Positions 23,955 through 37,560 of a stretch of DNA of 64,000 nucleotides are shown in pieces. The translations under genes and the position numbers were made by a program. The notes beneath the pieces are model-generated. The model ran no database searches. It saw only the letters and a list, made by a program, of their open reading frames with translations, and was not told the DNA's origin. The stretch's first letter is position 1. Every line of letters starts with the position of its first letter. This DNA is from Octopus sinensis (Eukaryota), in assembly GCF_006345805.1 (NCBI RefSeq), contig NC_043000.1, positions 35,092,001 to 35,156,000 of the forward strand. Direction: 5' to 3'.

Positions 23955-25266
23955 CTAACTTAATGTAAGCAGCTAGCCATGTGTGTATATGTGTATATGC
24001 ATATTCACATACATACATGCATATATGTATAAGTTCACATAAGAGTTTGTGTATGTGTGTGTATACCATGTGATGGTTTGTTACTGCAAAACAATTTGCT
24101 TTTATTGCTGTGGCCATCCAGAACGTCTCCATTCCCCACCCTGCTTCTTTATTCAAACTCTTATAAAGAGGTTCATTGAAACAATGTAGGTGTGGTTTTG
24201 TAATTTATGAAATTATTTTACTCACTGAAAAACAATTACGGTGTTGATTCTTAGGATGGATGTGTATACATACCTGACTTTCTATATAGTAGCTATGATA
24301 ACACCACTGTGCACATTTGTGTCTGTGTATGTATGTGTGTCTGTCTGTCTATCTATCTGTCTAACTATCTATCTATCTATCTATCTATCTATATATATAT
24401 ATATATATATATCCACACTCACACATACACACACATATGTACACACATACTCAAACAGCCAGATATAATACCGGTGGAAATGTGATTTATATATGTACTC
24501 AGGTGCTTGCTGACAGGATGGGGTGTCAATCCATAACCCCCTCCCCATCCAAAATTATGAACTTAGTTTAGTGTGTTCATGTAGTTTTGTTGTTTAATTT
24601 CTGTTTCTTTTTCTCTTTCTGATAATAAAAGTTAACTCCTGGCTGTATGCATATGTGTGTGTGTGTGTGTGTTTTAATTGAAGAGTTGGTTGTTATATTT
24701 CTTAGTGATTCCATTTACTTTTAGCCATGAATAAACATTTATCCGACTGGCAAGTCCTGTTTTATTCACCAATTCACAACTTTCCTCCTCATTCATAACT
24801 CCTGCTTGCTTTTCCTCATCTCATTTATACCTTGTAAAATGTGAACAAACATCAACAGGACTTCTTATCTCTCCTCTCTCTTTCTCTCTCTCTCTCCCTC
24901 CCCCCACCTCACTCAGCTCTCCCTCTCTCTACCCCCACCCCCATGCTTTCATCTCTTCTATTCTTTCATGTATTATCTACTTTCTATTGATTCCTGTCTC
25001 TTTCTTTTATTATCGCCCCCTCTCCTCGTCTTTTTGTTTTCTATTTCATTAATTTCTTTCCAATAATTTCTCTAATTCAATAATTTATTATCTTCATTAA
25101 TTCCATTAAACATTATTAAATACATATTTCAACCGTTTCTCTCTCATTTTCACTTTTAACACTTTCTACATTTGTTTATTTATTTACTCATTATCTCCAC
25201 CCTCTTCCTCCCTCCCTCCCCCCTCTCGCTCTCTTTGTTTGTTTTCTTTACTTTTGTGTCTTTGAG

Positions 25267-25319
25267 AAACCAGAAAATTGCCACAGATATTCCACATTGT
25301 AACTAATTTCCATTCAGAG
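25267..25319 (+). other. Candidate small exon (coding or UTR)
   Basis: Long pyrimidine tract ending ctttgag and GAG|GTAAGA donor; one frame open (ETRKLPQIFHIVTNFHSE). Confidence 0.2.
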
Positions 25320-26053
25320 GTAAGATGCTTTTAACCTAATCTGCTTCTATATTGATGTTAGGGTGGAACACCAGATTCTTATGGTGCACGTGTCTCAACG
25401 ATGCCGGTGCCGTAGAGTTCGGTAGAAATGTTACAACAATTATGTTCTCATGCTTCTCCTCTGCTTCGTCTTTCTCTACATGTGTTCTCATACATACTTA
25501 CTCAGCCAGGCGTAAACACACACATGTAATGCTATATATATGCACGCGTGTAAATATATAATCCCTTACATAAACACTTGTCTGTGTGCCAGAGTTGATG
25601 TGTATATATTCCTATGAGTATAAAAATGTGTGACGGTTTGCAGTAAATCTCACTGTGTATATATAATATCTGTGCATGGAATAATAGTTTTAATTAATAT
25701 GCATGTGTATAAATATAAGTGTGTATCTATTTATTTCTCTCTCTCTCTCTCTCCATATATATATATATTATATATAATATATATTATATATATATCTATA
25801 TATGTGTATATATATATATATAATATATATATATATAATACAAATATATAGTATTATATATATATATATATATATCTATATATATATATCTATATATATA
25901 TATATATATACATACATATATATATATACATACTATATATACATACTAATATATCTATATATATATACTATATCCATACTATATATATGTAGATACATAT
26001 ATATATATACATACTATATATTATATATATAATATTATACATATATATATATG

Positions 26054-26096
<43 letters not shown>

Positions 26097-26112
26097 ATAA
26101 TATATATATATA

Positions 26113-26145
<33 letters not shown>

Positions 26146-26602
26146 TGCATACATACATACATATATATATACACACACACACATATGATTACAAACATTG
26201 TTGTTCATACACACAAACACATTGTGCTATCTCTTTCACTTTAAAGAATGGTTATATTTTTCAGTTTATCAAAATGTATGTGCATATATTATAATATATA
26301 TATATATATATAGTATATATATATATATATATATAACTGTATCGAATAATCATTCAATTTAATGTAAACTTTATGTTTGTGCGTGTGAAGATTCTGTAGC
26401 ATAAATTTTTGTGTATGCTGATATATGTTTTGTATTATATACAAAGGTGCACACGTGAAATTTAGGAAAAACATAATATAATGCTAAACAGAGTTTTATA
26501 TATATATATATATATATATGTCTGTGTGTATAAATATATGAATATGTCTAAATGTGTATACATATATGTGTACATGTATGTATATATATGTATCTGTATG
26601 TT

Positions 26603-26641
<39 letters not shown>

Positions 26642-26761
26642 ACATGTATATGTGTGGATGGACATATATATATGTATATGTGTGTATAGATATATATTTA
26701 TGTATATGCATGTATAGACATATATATATACACATGTGTAAATATATACATATATGTATGA

Positions 26762-26803
<42 letters not shown>

Positions 26804-26948
26804 TATATGTATATGTACAAATATATATACATGTATTGTTATATTTCGGAATGGTCATTTTGCCAGTTTAGTCATGTATATGTATGTATGAATATATATA
26901 TATGGTCCAACCCATGGTAGCATGAAAAACGGACGTTAAACGATGATG

Positions 26949-27010
<62 letters not shown>

Positions 27011-27212
27011 CGCTTGTATATGTAATGTATAAATATAGATGTATGTGTACGTATAAATATACATGTATGTGTATGTATAAATATATATGTGTATGTGTAA
27101 ATATATATATTATCATGTCTAATGTATGTATCTATATATATAATATATCTATATATATATATTAATAAAAATGTCCTATATATATATGATATATATATAT
27201 ACATGTAGGTGT

Positions 27213-27265
<53 letters not shown>

Positions 27266-27614
27266 GCTCGTATATGTATGTATAATTATACATGTATGTG
27301 TATGTATAAATATACATGTATGTGTATGTATAAATGTACATGCATGTGTATATATAAATATATATATTTTTATGTATAAATATATATATGTATGTGTATG
27401 TATAAATATACATGTATGTGTATATATAAATATATATATGTTTACGTATAAATATATAGATACATGTACGTGTAAATATTTATATATATATATCTATATA
27501 TATGCACACAGATATATATGTATTTGTATGTATGAATATATAAATGTATGTGTATGTATAAAAATATATATGTATATATATACACATGTATGTATAAATG
27601 TGTATATATATATG

Positions 27615-27656
<42 letters not shown>

Positions 27657-27669
27657 GTATGTATATATA

Positions 27670-28125
27670 CCTTTTAATTCTTTACTTCTTTTACCTGTTT
27701 CAATCATTTGACTGTGGCCATGCTGGAGCACTGCCTTTAGTTGAATAAATCGCCCTCAGGACTTATTGTTTGTAAGCCTAGTACTTATTCTATCATTCGC
27801 TCTTGCTGAGCTGCTAAGTTACAGGCATGTAAATACACTAAAATTGGTTCTCAAGTGATTGTGGGTGGAGGACAGTTATAGACACACTAATACATACATG
27901 CATACATATGTATATATATATATATTATCATCATCATCATTATCATATATATGTGTGTGTGTGTATATATATATGATGAGTTTCTTTCAGTTTCCATCTA
28001 CCTAATCCACTGCGAATGCTTTGGCTGGCCCAAGGCTCTACCAGAATACACTTGCCCAAGGTGCCACACGGGATAGAAACTGGAACCATGTGGTTGTGAG
28101 GCAAGCCTTTTACCACACAACCAGT
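27670..28125 (-). mobile_element. Full-length family A SINE
   Basis: Tail about 27670-27880, microsatellite centre, head about 27980-28125. Confidence 0.8.
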
Positions 28126-28449
28126 ATGTATGTATATGCTGACACACACACACACACACGCATATATGTGTATTATACATCTATCTGCTTCAATATATAT
28201 TTACTGTACATGTATATATGTGTGTTTGTGCGTGTGTGTGGTGTGTATATTATACTATATATATATATATATATTTGAAATTTACAGAATGATGAAAGAT
28301 CAAGACAGGTTTATTTCATGTACATGTATATATCACCACACATATATATACACATATATCTATATAAATATATATATTTATTATATATATATTATTATAT
28401 ATATATATATAATATATATATATATAATATATATATATATACATATATA

Positions 28450-28850
28450 TATCGCCTTACTGGCACTTATACCTGTGCTAGTAGGGTACCAAGAGCACCA
28501 TCTGAGCATGATCGTCACCAGAGCAACCAACTGGCTTCCGTACCCATGGCATGTAAAAGGGCACCATTCGAGCGTGATCATTACCAACATCGCTTCACTG
28601 GCACCTGTGCCTGTGGCACGTGTAAAAAGATTTGAGTGAGGTCGTTGCCAGTGCCGCATGACTGGCACATAAAAAGCACCCACTACACTCTCGGAGTGGT
28701 TGGCATTAGGAAGGGCATCCAGCTGTAGAAACTCTGCCAAATCAAGATTGGAGCCTGGTGTAGCCATCTGGCTCGCCAGCCCTCAGTCAAAATTGTCCAA
28801 CCCATGCTAGCATGGAAAGCGGACATTAAACGAAGGTGATGATGATATAT
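28450..28850 (+). mobile_element. Family C repeat with 5' tandem subunits
   Basis: Repeated ggcac..taaaa(a)gcacc subunits, then ggttggcattaggaagggcatccagctgtagaaa...ccaacccatgctagcatggaaagcggacattaaacg. Confidence 0.85.
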
Positions 28851-28957
28851 ACATGGATATGAATATGTACATACTTGTAAACACACACACACATGTATAT
28901 ATATATATGTGTGTGTGTGTGTGTATATATACATGTATTTTTAATTACATATGTAAT

Positions 28958-29190
28958 CATCATCATCGTCATTTAACGTCCTTTTTCCAAGCTGGCATGG
29001 GTTTGATGGTTTGACCGTTACTGGTAAGCTGGTGAGCTGCACAAGGTTCCTGTCTGATTTGATATGGTTTATATACGACTGGATGCCCTCCCTAGTGTCA
29101 ACCACTCTCAGAATTTAATGTAGGGTCTTTATGTGCCACTGGCATGGGTACCATTTACGTGACACTGGCAACAACCACAACTATGATTCC
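28958..29190 (-). mobile_element. Family C repeat, inverted relative to 28450-28850
   Basis: catcatcgtcatttaacgtcctttttccaagctggcatggg...ctggatgccctccc. Confidence 0.8.
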
Positions 29191-29348
29191 AGTGAGAAGG
29201 GCCAGTGTGCAACGATGTGGTTGGGAGATAGGCCCCTAACCCCCAAAACACACTAGCATCCACTATGCGGGGCTTTCAACTGGTAGTAGGTTGGTTGTAA
29301 AAAAACCTGAAAATATATTTACATATGTGCCTGTGTGTAATACATACA

Positions 29349-29388
<40 letters not shown>

Positions 29389-29669
29389 CATACATACATA
29401 CATGTATATATTTCATATATATATATATATATATACATACACTTAGAATCGCTCATATATATACATATGTATATGTATATAATTTAATATTGACAACTTA
29501 ATGTGTGTTGGGCGGGGAATAGGAAGATTAGCGTACAGCCTTTTTATCATATATATATATATATCTTGTGTATATATATATATATATATAAGATTATATA
29601 TCATATATATATATCTGGTGTATATATTATATATATATATATATATGATGGCTATATTTATATAATTGT

Positions 29670-30075
29670 TGGTTTTGACTTCTTCTTTTAGAGTCATTTA
29701 CTGTGGCCATGCTGGAGGATTGCTTTAAAGGGTTTTAGTTGAACAAATCAACTGTAGGACTTGTTATTTTTTTAAAGTCTAGTACTTATATTGGCCTCTT
29801 TTGCCAAACTGCTAAGTTACAGGGATTAAGTTGTCACTGGTTGTCAAGCAGTGTTGGGGGACTAACTCAGACACTGAGATAAACACACACACACACACAC
29901 ATATTGGTATATTTACAATGGGCTTCCTGCAGTTTCCGTGTACAAAATCCACTGGCAAGGCTTTGTTCGGTCCAAGGCTATAGTATAAGGCACTTTCCCA
30001 AGATGTCATGCTGTGGAACTGAACCCATAGCCATGTGCTTGGAAAGCAAGCTGCCCACCACATAGTCATTTCTGT
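29670..30075 (-). mobile_element. Full-length family A SINE
   Basis: Tail, (CA)n centre, head (aaggcacttttcccaag..gaactgaacccatagccatgtg). Confidence 0.8.
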
Positions 30076-30118
30076 ATTTGTATACACATATCTAAATATA
30101 CATGTGTGTGTGTGTGTC

Positions 30119-30155
<37 letters not shown>

Positions 30156-30499
30156 TGCACACACATGCACACACATGTATATATATATACACACACATGC
30201 ACATGCACACACATGTATATATACATATGCATCATCATTTAACATGTGCTTTCTATGCTGACAAGTGTTGAACTACATACACACACATGTATGTATATAT
30301 ATATATATATATCATATAGCATTATACCACATGTATAAGCAAGATTTTAATGCAGTATTTATCACAAGTGTTTGACGGATGGGAATGTGAAACTCTGAGT
30401 AACAGTTCTGTGATAATTTTACAGCTTCAATAAAAAGTATATTACTCTGCATTTGGTATTCAAGTACTATTTTTCCACCAAGATTTGCGCTTATGTACT

Positions 30500-30618
30500 C
30501 ATATGTGTGTGTGTGTGTGTGTGTGTATTTATATATATAGTCTTTTGTATGCATTGCGCTTACATATTTTGATATATATGGAAACATACAAACGTGTATG
30601 TGTGTGTGTGTGTATGTA

Positions 30619-30649
<31 letters not shown>

Positions 30650-30882
30650 GCATATATATTTGTATTTATACATATATATGTATGTATACATATATATATG
30701 TATATATTTATATATATATATACACATACATATATACATATATATACATATATATATATATACATATACATACACATATATATATATATGTATATATTTA
30801 TATATATATATACACATACATTATACATAAATACATATACATATATATACATATACATATATATACATATACATATATATAC

Positions 30883-30915
<33 letters not shown>

Positions 30916-31184
30916 CATATACATACATATATGCCTATATATATATACATACATATATTTATGTATATACATATATATATACATATAATATATATTTATA
31001 ATATATATATATATACATACATATATATTATACTATATATATATATAGTATATATATTATACATACATATATATATAGTATATACATACATATATCATAT
31101 ATATATCTATATATATATATATATATACATACATATATATATATATATATACATAGATATATATATATATATATATTATACATA

Positions 31185-31220
<36 letters not shown>

Positions 31221-31308
31221 CATATATATATATATAACCTACATATATATATATCTATATATATATATATACATACATACATATATATATATTATATATA
31301 TATCATAC

Positions 31309-31355
<47 letters not shown>

Positions 31356-31364
31356 CATACATAC

Positions 31365-31407
<43 letters not shown>

Positions 31408-31410
31408 TAT

Positions 31411-31481
<71 letters not shown>

Positions 31482-31603
31482 CATATATATATATAATATA
31501 TATTTTTATATATATATACATACATACATACATTATATATATATATTATATATATAATATACATACATATATATATATATATAATATATATATATATATA
31601 TAC

Positions 31604-31643
<40 letters not shown>

Positions 31644-31765
31644 CATCCATACATATACTATATATATAATATAATATACATACATACATATATATATTAT
31701 ATATATTATAATATATATACACATATATATATATATTATACATACATACATATATATATATAAAT
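30500..31765. repeat. About 1.25-kb interrupted (TA)n/(TACA)n array
   Basis: Directly visible. Other large arrays at about 19030-19400, 23150-23750, 25750-27660, 54855-55330 and 55895-56650. Confidence 0.95.
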
Positions 31766-31769
31766 TTAA

Positions 31770-31945
31770 ATAATCAAAAATGGAGAGTATTTAAATTTGA
31801 TTCCTGATAAACTTTTGTTTATTCTGTTGTTATGAGCATAGTGTGCCTGCAGACCCATTCCCAGGGATAGTATAGGCAAATGATCCAATAGTAAATATGG
31901 ATATTTTTATCCCTTAGTGGGTTACTACAACTGCTAACTCTGCTT
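31770..31945. repeat. (TA)n-embedded unclassified element, related to 898-1196
   Basis: tatttaaatttgattcctgataaacttttgtttattctgttg is the reverse complement of 986-1026; carries a diverged core module at about 31884-31940. Confidence 0.65.
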
Positions 31946-32029
31946 ACCTGTATATGTATATATGCATATATATATGTGTTTGTTTGTATGTATATATATA
32001 ATATATATATATAATATATATATATATAT

Positions 32030-32062
<33 letters not shown>

Positions 32063-32275
32063 TTGTGTATGCATATGTGTGTGAATGTATATATGTGTGT
32101 TTGTATGCATGTATATATATGTATTTGTGTTTTTGTGTGTATGTATATGTGTGTGTTTGTTATATATTATATCTATATAAATATATACAGACATATATAT
32201 ATGTGTGTGTGTGTTGTGCGTGTGTATATATATGTATGTATGTATATATATGTGGGTGTGTGTGTATAATATATA

Positions 32276-32308
<33 letters not shown>

Positions 32309-32311
32309 ACA

Positions 32312-33035
32312 ATAAGAAAATTGTGGGGATCAATAGATGGTTTATCAACTTTTAGACATCATATTAACTTATTTATTTATTTACTAAATTGACAATTACA
32401 ATAATATGGTTAAATATCTTTTTACTTTCACCCATTTAGCACACTAGGTAATGTTATTGCAATGCAATAGAAAACACTTGTGTATTAATAATTGGGTATT
32501 CTACCAGCAGTATATTGGATAGATATTATACCTTAGTTGGTTGGATTCACAACCTCTAACTTTCTTGGAGTATATATCATTTTATATCATCACAAGTATA
32601 TATTTTTTAAATTTTTTATCCCTATATATTATTAATTTTATATTTATATACATAAGTTACGTGAGAAAATAGTTTTCGTAAATTTTAATTTTTATTTGTA
32701 TTTTTTATTTTTATCTTTATTTTTTATTTTATTTTTTGTAATTTTTTATTTGAATTAAATTATGGTTTGTACAGTAGGGTCCGGCGAACTTATTTACACA
32801 TACTTATTTGGTTAAAAATTTAAAATATAGTTTTTAGTATCAAACTATGATAAACTGACGTGGAGGCCTGATGATTGAGGTTATATTTTAAGAAAGGTTC
32901 CAGCAAAACATGACGTGGTTAAGGAACTGGGAAATTAACCTCAAGAAATGCGTGTAGCCAAGATATAAGTAGTAAGTATTAAATTAAATTAAAATTCTTT
33001 TATATGGTGGGATGAAGGGTCCTACTATCTCTAAA

Positions 33036-33071
<36 letters not shown>

Positions 33072-33166
33072 CATTTAGAGATCTCGGCTACACGTGTTTC
33101 TTGAGGTTCATTTCCCAGTTCCTTAACAACGCTGTGTTTTGCTGGAACCTTTCTTAAAATATAACC
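32312..33166. repeat. (TA)n-embedded unclassified element with head, core module and terminal foldback
   Basis: Core 32498-32561 is nearly identical to 35682-35745. 86-bp inverted arms at 32879-32964 and 33081-33166. Confidence 0.75.
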
Positions 33167-33189
33167 CCAATCATCAGACCTCTACACAC

Positions 33190-33233
<44 letters not shown>

Positions 33234-33659
33234 ATATGTATATTGTTTGTTTGTTATAATAAAACAATTTTACATTAAATTCTTTCATAAGAATAGTGTT
33301 GACAGTGACTTTGAAGTGTTGGCCAGCTATGCCATCATCATCTATGAAAGTTTCTTATAGATGAACATTATGGGTAAATATATATATATAAGAGGTTGTA
33401 TTATGAAGGACCTGCAGCTGTAAAAACCCTGCTAAAACAGCCCCTGTCAAACTGTCCAGCCCTTGCCAGCATAGAAAATGGACACTAGACGATGATGATA
33501 TATACTCACACATATATTTATAAGCACACGCATATACATTTTATAGATATAACATTTATCTATTCTATACACCCTTCCACACACATAGAATCAAGGTGAT
33601 ATGTGTCTACCTGCCCTTATCCTGTCATCTTTCAATATCGTATCACCTTTGATATTAAT

Positions 33660-33860
33660 AATTTCAAATTTTGGCTGAAGCGCAGCAATTTTAGTGGGTC
33701 AGTTATGTCAATCGCAGTACTTCATGCCTACATTATTTTCTTGACCTCAAAAGGCTGTAAAGGTAAGTTGACCTTGTTGGGATTCAAATTCTAAATGTAG
33801 TAAATTGGAAGAAATACTGTTTCCCTTACCTGTTACCAATTCCACCTGTTCATCACCTTA
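33660..33860 (-). mobile_element. Family B SINE, decayed
   Basis: ttattttcttgacctcaaaaggctgtaaaggtaagttgacc..ttcaaattc, homologous to 12415-12600. Confidence 0.6.
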
Positions 33861-34884
33861 GCCTTGATAATAATTAGTTTACCTTCAGTGATAAAATATA
33901 CCAACAGTGAAAACAGCAACTGGAATGTGAACATATTTCTCTCTTTAGTTTGTGACCCTTCGAGTAGCCAGTGGTTAGTGCCTGGGTTTGAAACTAGAAT
34001 ATCTTTCAATTTCCTCTGTTGATGTTTATATTTATTTTATCATTTCAAAAGCGCTCATGTTACTTTTCTTTATTAACTTTTTCTTTTTACTTGAAATTTT
34101 CAGTTTTTAGGTTCACAGAAAGTAATATCAACATAATAACTTAAGTGATATTAACCATCTGTCTGTCTGTCTCTCTCTGTCTATTAAAATACAGAATGAA
34201 AAAAGTTGGTATATTCTTAATTCCATGTTTCATGCATTACATTATGGGTTAGGAGTCACAAACTTGTGGAAAAAATGTGAATATTCTCCTCTTTGTAATT
34301 CTGGAAACAAAGTTTCAAAATCAATATTAGTATTTATTTTTAATAATAAAGTTTACTCTTTTCTTCTTAGATCTTTGAAGGATTATGGGGTGGAGATTCC
34401 ATACATGTTTTTTTCTACATATATACCTTTGTGACTCCTCTCCCATAATGAAACCTATGGAATTAAAAATATACCTTTTTTTTTTTCTCGTCTTCTGTTT
34501 TGCTATGCAATTACTCTGCAAATAGGGTTCACTGGAACTTTCAGATGCAATGGATGTGTCATGTGAAATAAGACATCCATAGACATACACTGGATTAATG
34601 TGAAGATGCAGATGTGCTTCATGAGGACATAGCTTGGATTAGAACCCCTTATATATGATATATCTGTCAGTCTGTCTGTATATAGATACAAAATATATTC
34701 TCTTCCACTTTTTCAAATGTACGCTACTGTAACATGAATTTAAAAAATTCCTTTCTGCGTATGCTCACCCACCCATATGTATTGGGTATGTATTGTTTCC
34801 ATTTTACTGGAACCAGTGCACATATTTATTGCTGACTTAATGCCCCCTAACACGCCACCAAGGTACCACATTACATAATATATA

Positions 34885-35515
34885 TATTCTTTTATTCTTT
34901 TACTTGTTTCAGTCATTTTGACTTTGACCATGCTACAGCATTGCCTTCAGTTGAACAAATCGACCCCAAAACTTCTTATTATTTGCAAGCATAGTACTTA
35001 TTCTATCAGTTTCTTTTGCTGTACCTGCTAAGTTTCAGGGATGTAAACATACCAACATTAGTTGTCAAGCGATAGTGGGGGGATAGACAGAGACATACAA
35101 ACATATACACACACATACATACATGCATACATATATATATATATTTTCATATGTGACCGCGTGTGTATCATTGGTGATTTTCTTTCCCCGTCTTCCCTTC
35201 TTTGGACTTTTTCTATATTTCTGATGAAGAGCTCTGCTTGAAACGTGAAATCGTCATTTTTTTCTTTCCTTTCCTGAGTGTCCAATAACACAATACTTAT
35301 ACTATGTCCTTGCAATTTTTTCTTGCTTGTTCTTGTTTGGATTGACTACACACACACACACACATATGATGGGTTTCTTACAGTTTCTATCTACTAAATC
35401 AACTTGCCAGGCTTTGGTTGGCCTGAGGCTATAGTAGAAGACACTTGCCCAAGGTGCCACACAGTGGGACTGAACCTGGAACTATGTGGTTGGGAAGGAA
35501 GCTTCTACCACACAG
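34885..35515 (-). mobile_element. Family A SINE split by an insertion in its central microsatellite
   Basis: Tail about 34885-35100 and head about 35370-35515, with unrelated sequence at 35150-35345. Confidence 0.75.
35217..35255 (+). ncRNA. Minimal hammerhead ribozyme motif within a probable Penelope pseudo-LTR fragment (35150-35345)
   Basis: ATTT-CTGATGA-A-GAGC-tct-GCTT-GAAACGT-g-AAAT: intact CUGAUGA and GAAAC boxes, 4-bp stem II, ACGT palindrome, helix I ATTT/AAAT. Confidence 0.65.
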
Positions 35516-35534
35516 TTTATATATATATATATGT

Positions 35535-35752
35535 AGCAATTAGAAAATGGAGGGGATCAAGAGGTACTGGTCATCAACTTGTAGACATTATATTATGTCG
35601 ATTTATTTATTTTTAAAAAAGACAATTATAATAATATACATTACATGTATAACAGATTATGCTTTACAGTAATAACTGGATATTCTACCAGCAGTATATT
35701 GGATAGATAGTATCCCTTAGTTGGTTGGATTCACAACCTCTAACTGTTTTGG

Positions 35753-35760
<8 letters not shown>
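35535..35760. repeat. (TA)n-embedded unclassified element, head plus core module
   Basis: Head ggggatcaa..tcatcaacttgtagacattatatt resembles about 32320-32375; core 35682-35745. Confidence 0.75.
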
Positions 35761-35818
<58 letters not shown>

Positions 35819-36499
35819 GGGGGATATGTACATGCATATATAAAATACATACATGTGCATAGACTTAAATATGTATGTATCACTTCTGTCATCATCATTT
35901 GAACCTCCTCTTTCCCATATTTGTTCAGACAGAACTCATTAATGCCTTTCCTGTCACTGACTTTCACCTGTTTTCAAGCAAGGAAATTTTTCATACAGGC
36001 CAGAAATTTTGTCATGGGCAATATAGAAATGGGCAACATAACTTGTACAATGGTGATGTTTGTTTACATCCATCATATGATGTCACTACCAGGGTACAAC
36101 TATGTGCACGAGCACACACTACCATTGGTTTCATACCTGAAACCAATAGCAGCTCGAATTTAAATACAGTGTGTGTTAAATGATATTTATCTCTTACTGG
36201 ATCAAGTACTTTTTGTTGATCCCACCAATAGTAGAACAGTCAGTTATGTATATACCGTATTTGCCAGTATATGAGATGCATTCTTGTATAAGACACATCC
36301 CTAATTTAAAATATTTTGTGTAAAAAAAAAAAACTTTAATAAGGTTCACCATACACTCGTACACTTGGTATAGCATCCACATTATTATAATCACATTAAA
36401 TGCTTGATTTGTTTGTTAGATTTAAGAATAGAAGGACACATCTTGCTTGCCTGCATATACAGTGTATATATGTGTGTATGTGTATGTTTGTGTATATTT

Positions 36500-37560
36500 G
36501 AAATGACAATCGACTGATATGTCTGGTGATACAAGGTTCTTGAGAAGACCCACCCACGTCAGTGAAACTGAATTCTAGAAGCACTGTGCATTCCACAAGC
36601 ACTGCGTGTTCCACCCACATGTAACAAGGAAACTTTTCACACGCCCTACCCCAACAAACCAAACTACATCTCTTCTCTTCCTCACATCTCTTTCGTGCAC
36701 TATGCTTACCTCTCACTCCTCAATCCTGTCTTCATGGACCTGTTCACTGTATCATTGCTATCCAGTAGTCCCCCACCCCCTCACTATACTCAGGTTTTCA
36801 CCATTCATTGCATTCCCCTCTCCCACTCTCTACTCATGCTTCTTTAGCAATGTCCTACCACTTATATTGTTACCCCAAAGGTATGCCCTGCCCCTTGTCA
36901 CCATCTGTGTCTCTCTACTTTTACTTAACCATCCCATTTATGCTCTGCCCCCCCCCCCCGTTCTTTGTGAGTATGCCCAGCACTTTGCCACCATATCTCT
37001 CCTGCTCTCTTTTGTACTCTTGCTGTCTCCCACTCTCTTTCTCCTTCTCCTGCGCTTCCCTTGGGCTGGGTTACCATTTATCTCCTTTATAGCAGCACAC
37101 CTGTTTCTGCCTTCATTCCTGCTCACTCTCTCTCTCTCTCTGGCCAGGTAACCATATACCTCCTCTACAGCAAGACACCTGTTTCTGTCTCACTATAACC
37201 TTTCAGCATCCAACACAAGATCACCTCCTCCAGTGCCCTCTCCCCTTTCAAAGGATCTTTGTCTTGCAAGTTACTTGGTGACCTTGCCAGTGCTACTACC
37301 ATATAAAGAAGCATCCAGTCCACACTGTAAAGTGGTTGGCATTTGGAAGGGCATCCACTTGTAGAAAACTTACCAAAACTGACCTTGCCTGTACTTGTAT
37401 CACATAAAAAGCACTAAGTCCACAGTGTGCTGGGTGGTTGGTGTTAGGAAGGGCATCCAGCTGTAAAAACCATGCCAAAACAGACACAGAAGTCTGGTGC
37501 AGGCTTCTGTCAAACTGTCCAACCCATGCCAGCATGGAAGGCGGATTTTAAATGATGATG
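36500..37560 (+). mobile_element. Probable long pyrimidine-rich RTE 3' UTR followed by two tandem family C tails
   Basis: tctttgtcttgcaagttacttgg at about 37258 matches about 16085-16110 inverted; ctacagcaagacacctgtttc resembles 42322-42348 inverted. Upstream boundary uncertain. Confidence 0.5.

Noticed and set aside
30485-31751. Long ORFs of up to 267 aa (also 55855-56719, 6075-6522, 27171-27677)
   Set aside because: Translations of (TA)n/(CA)n arrays (YI/CV/HT repeats), which lack stop codons by composition.
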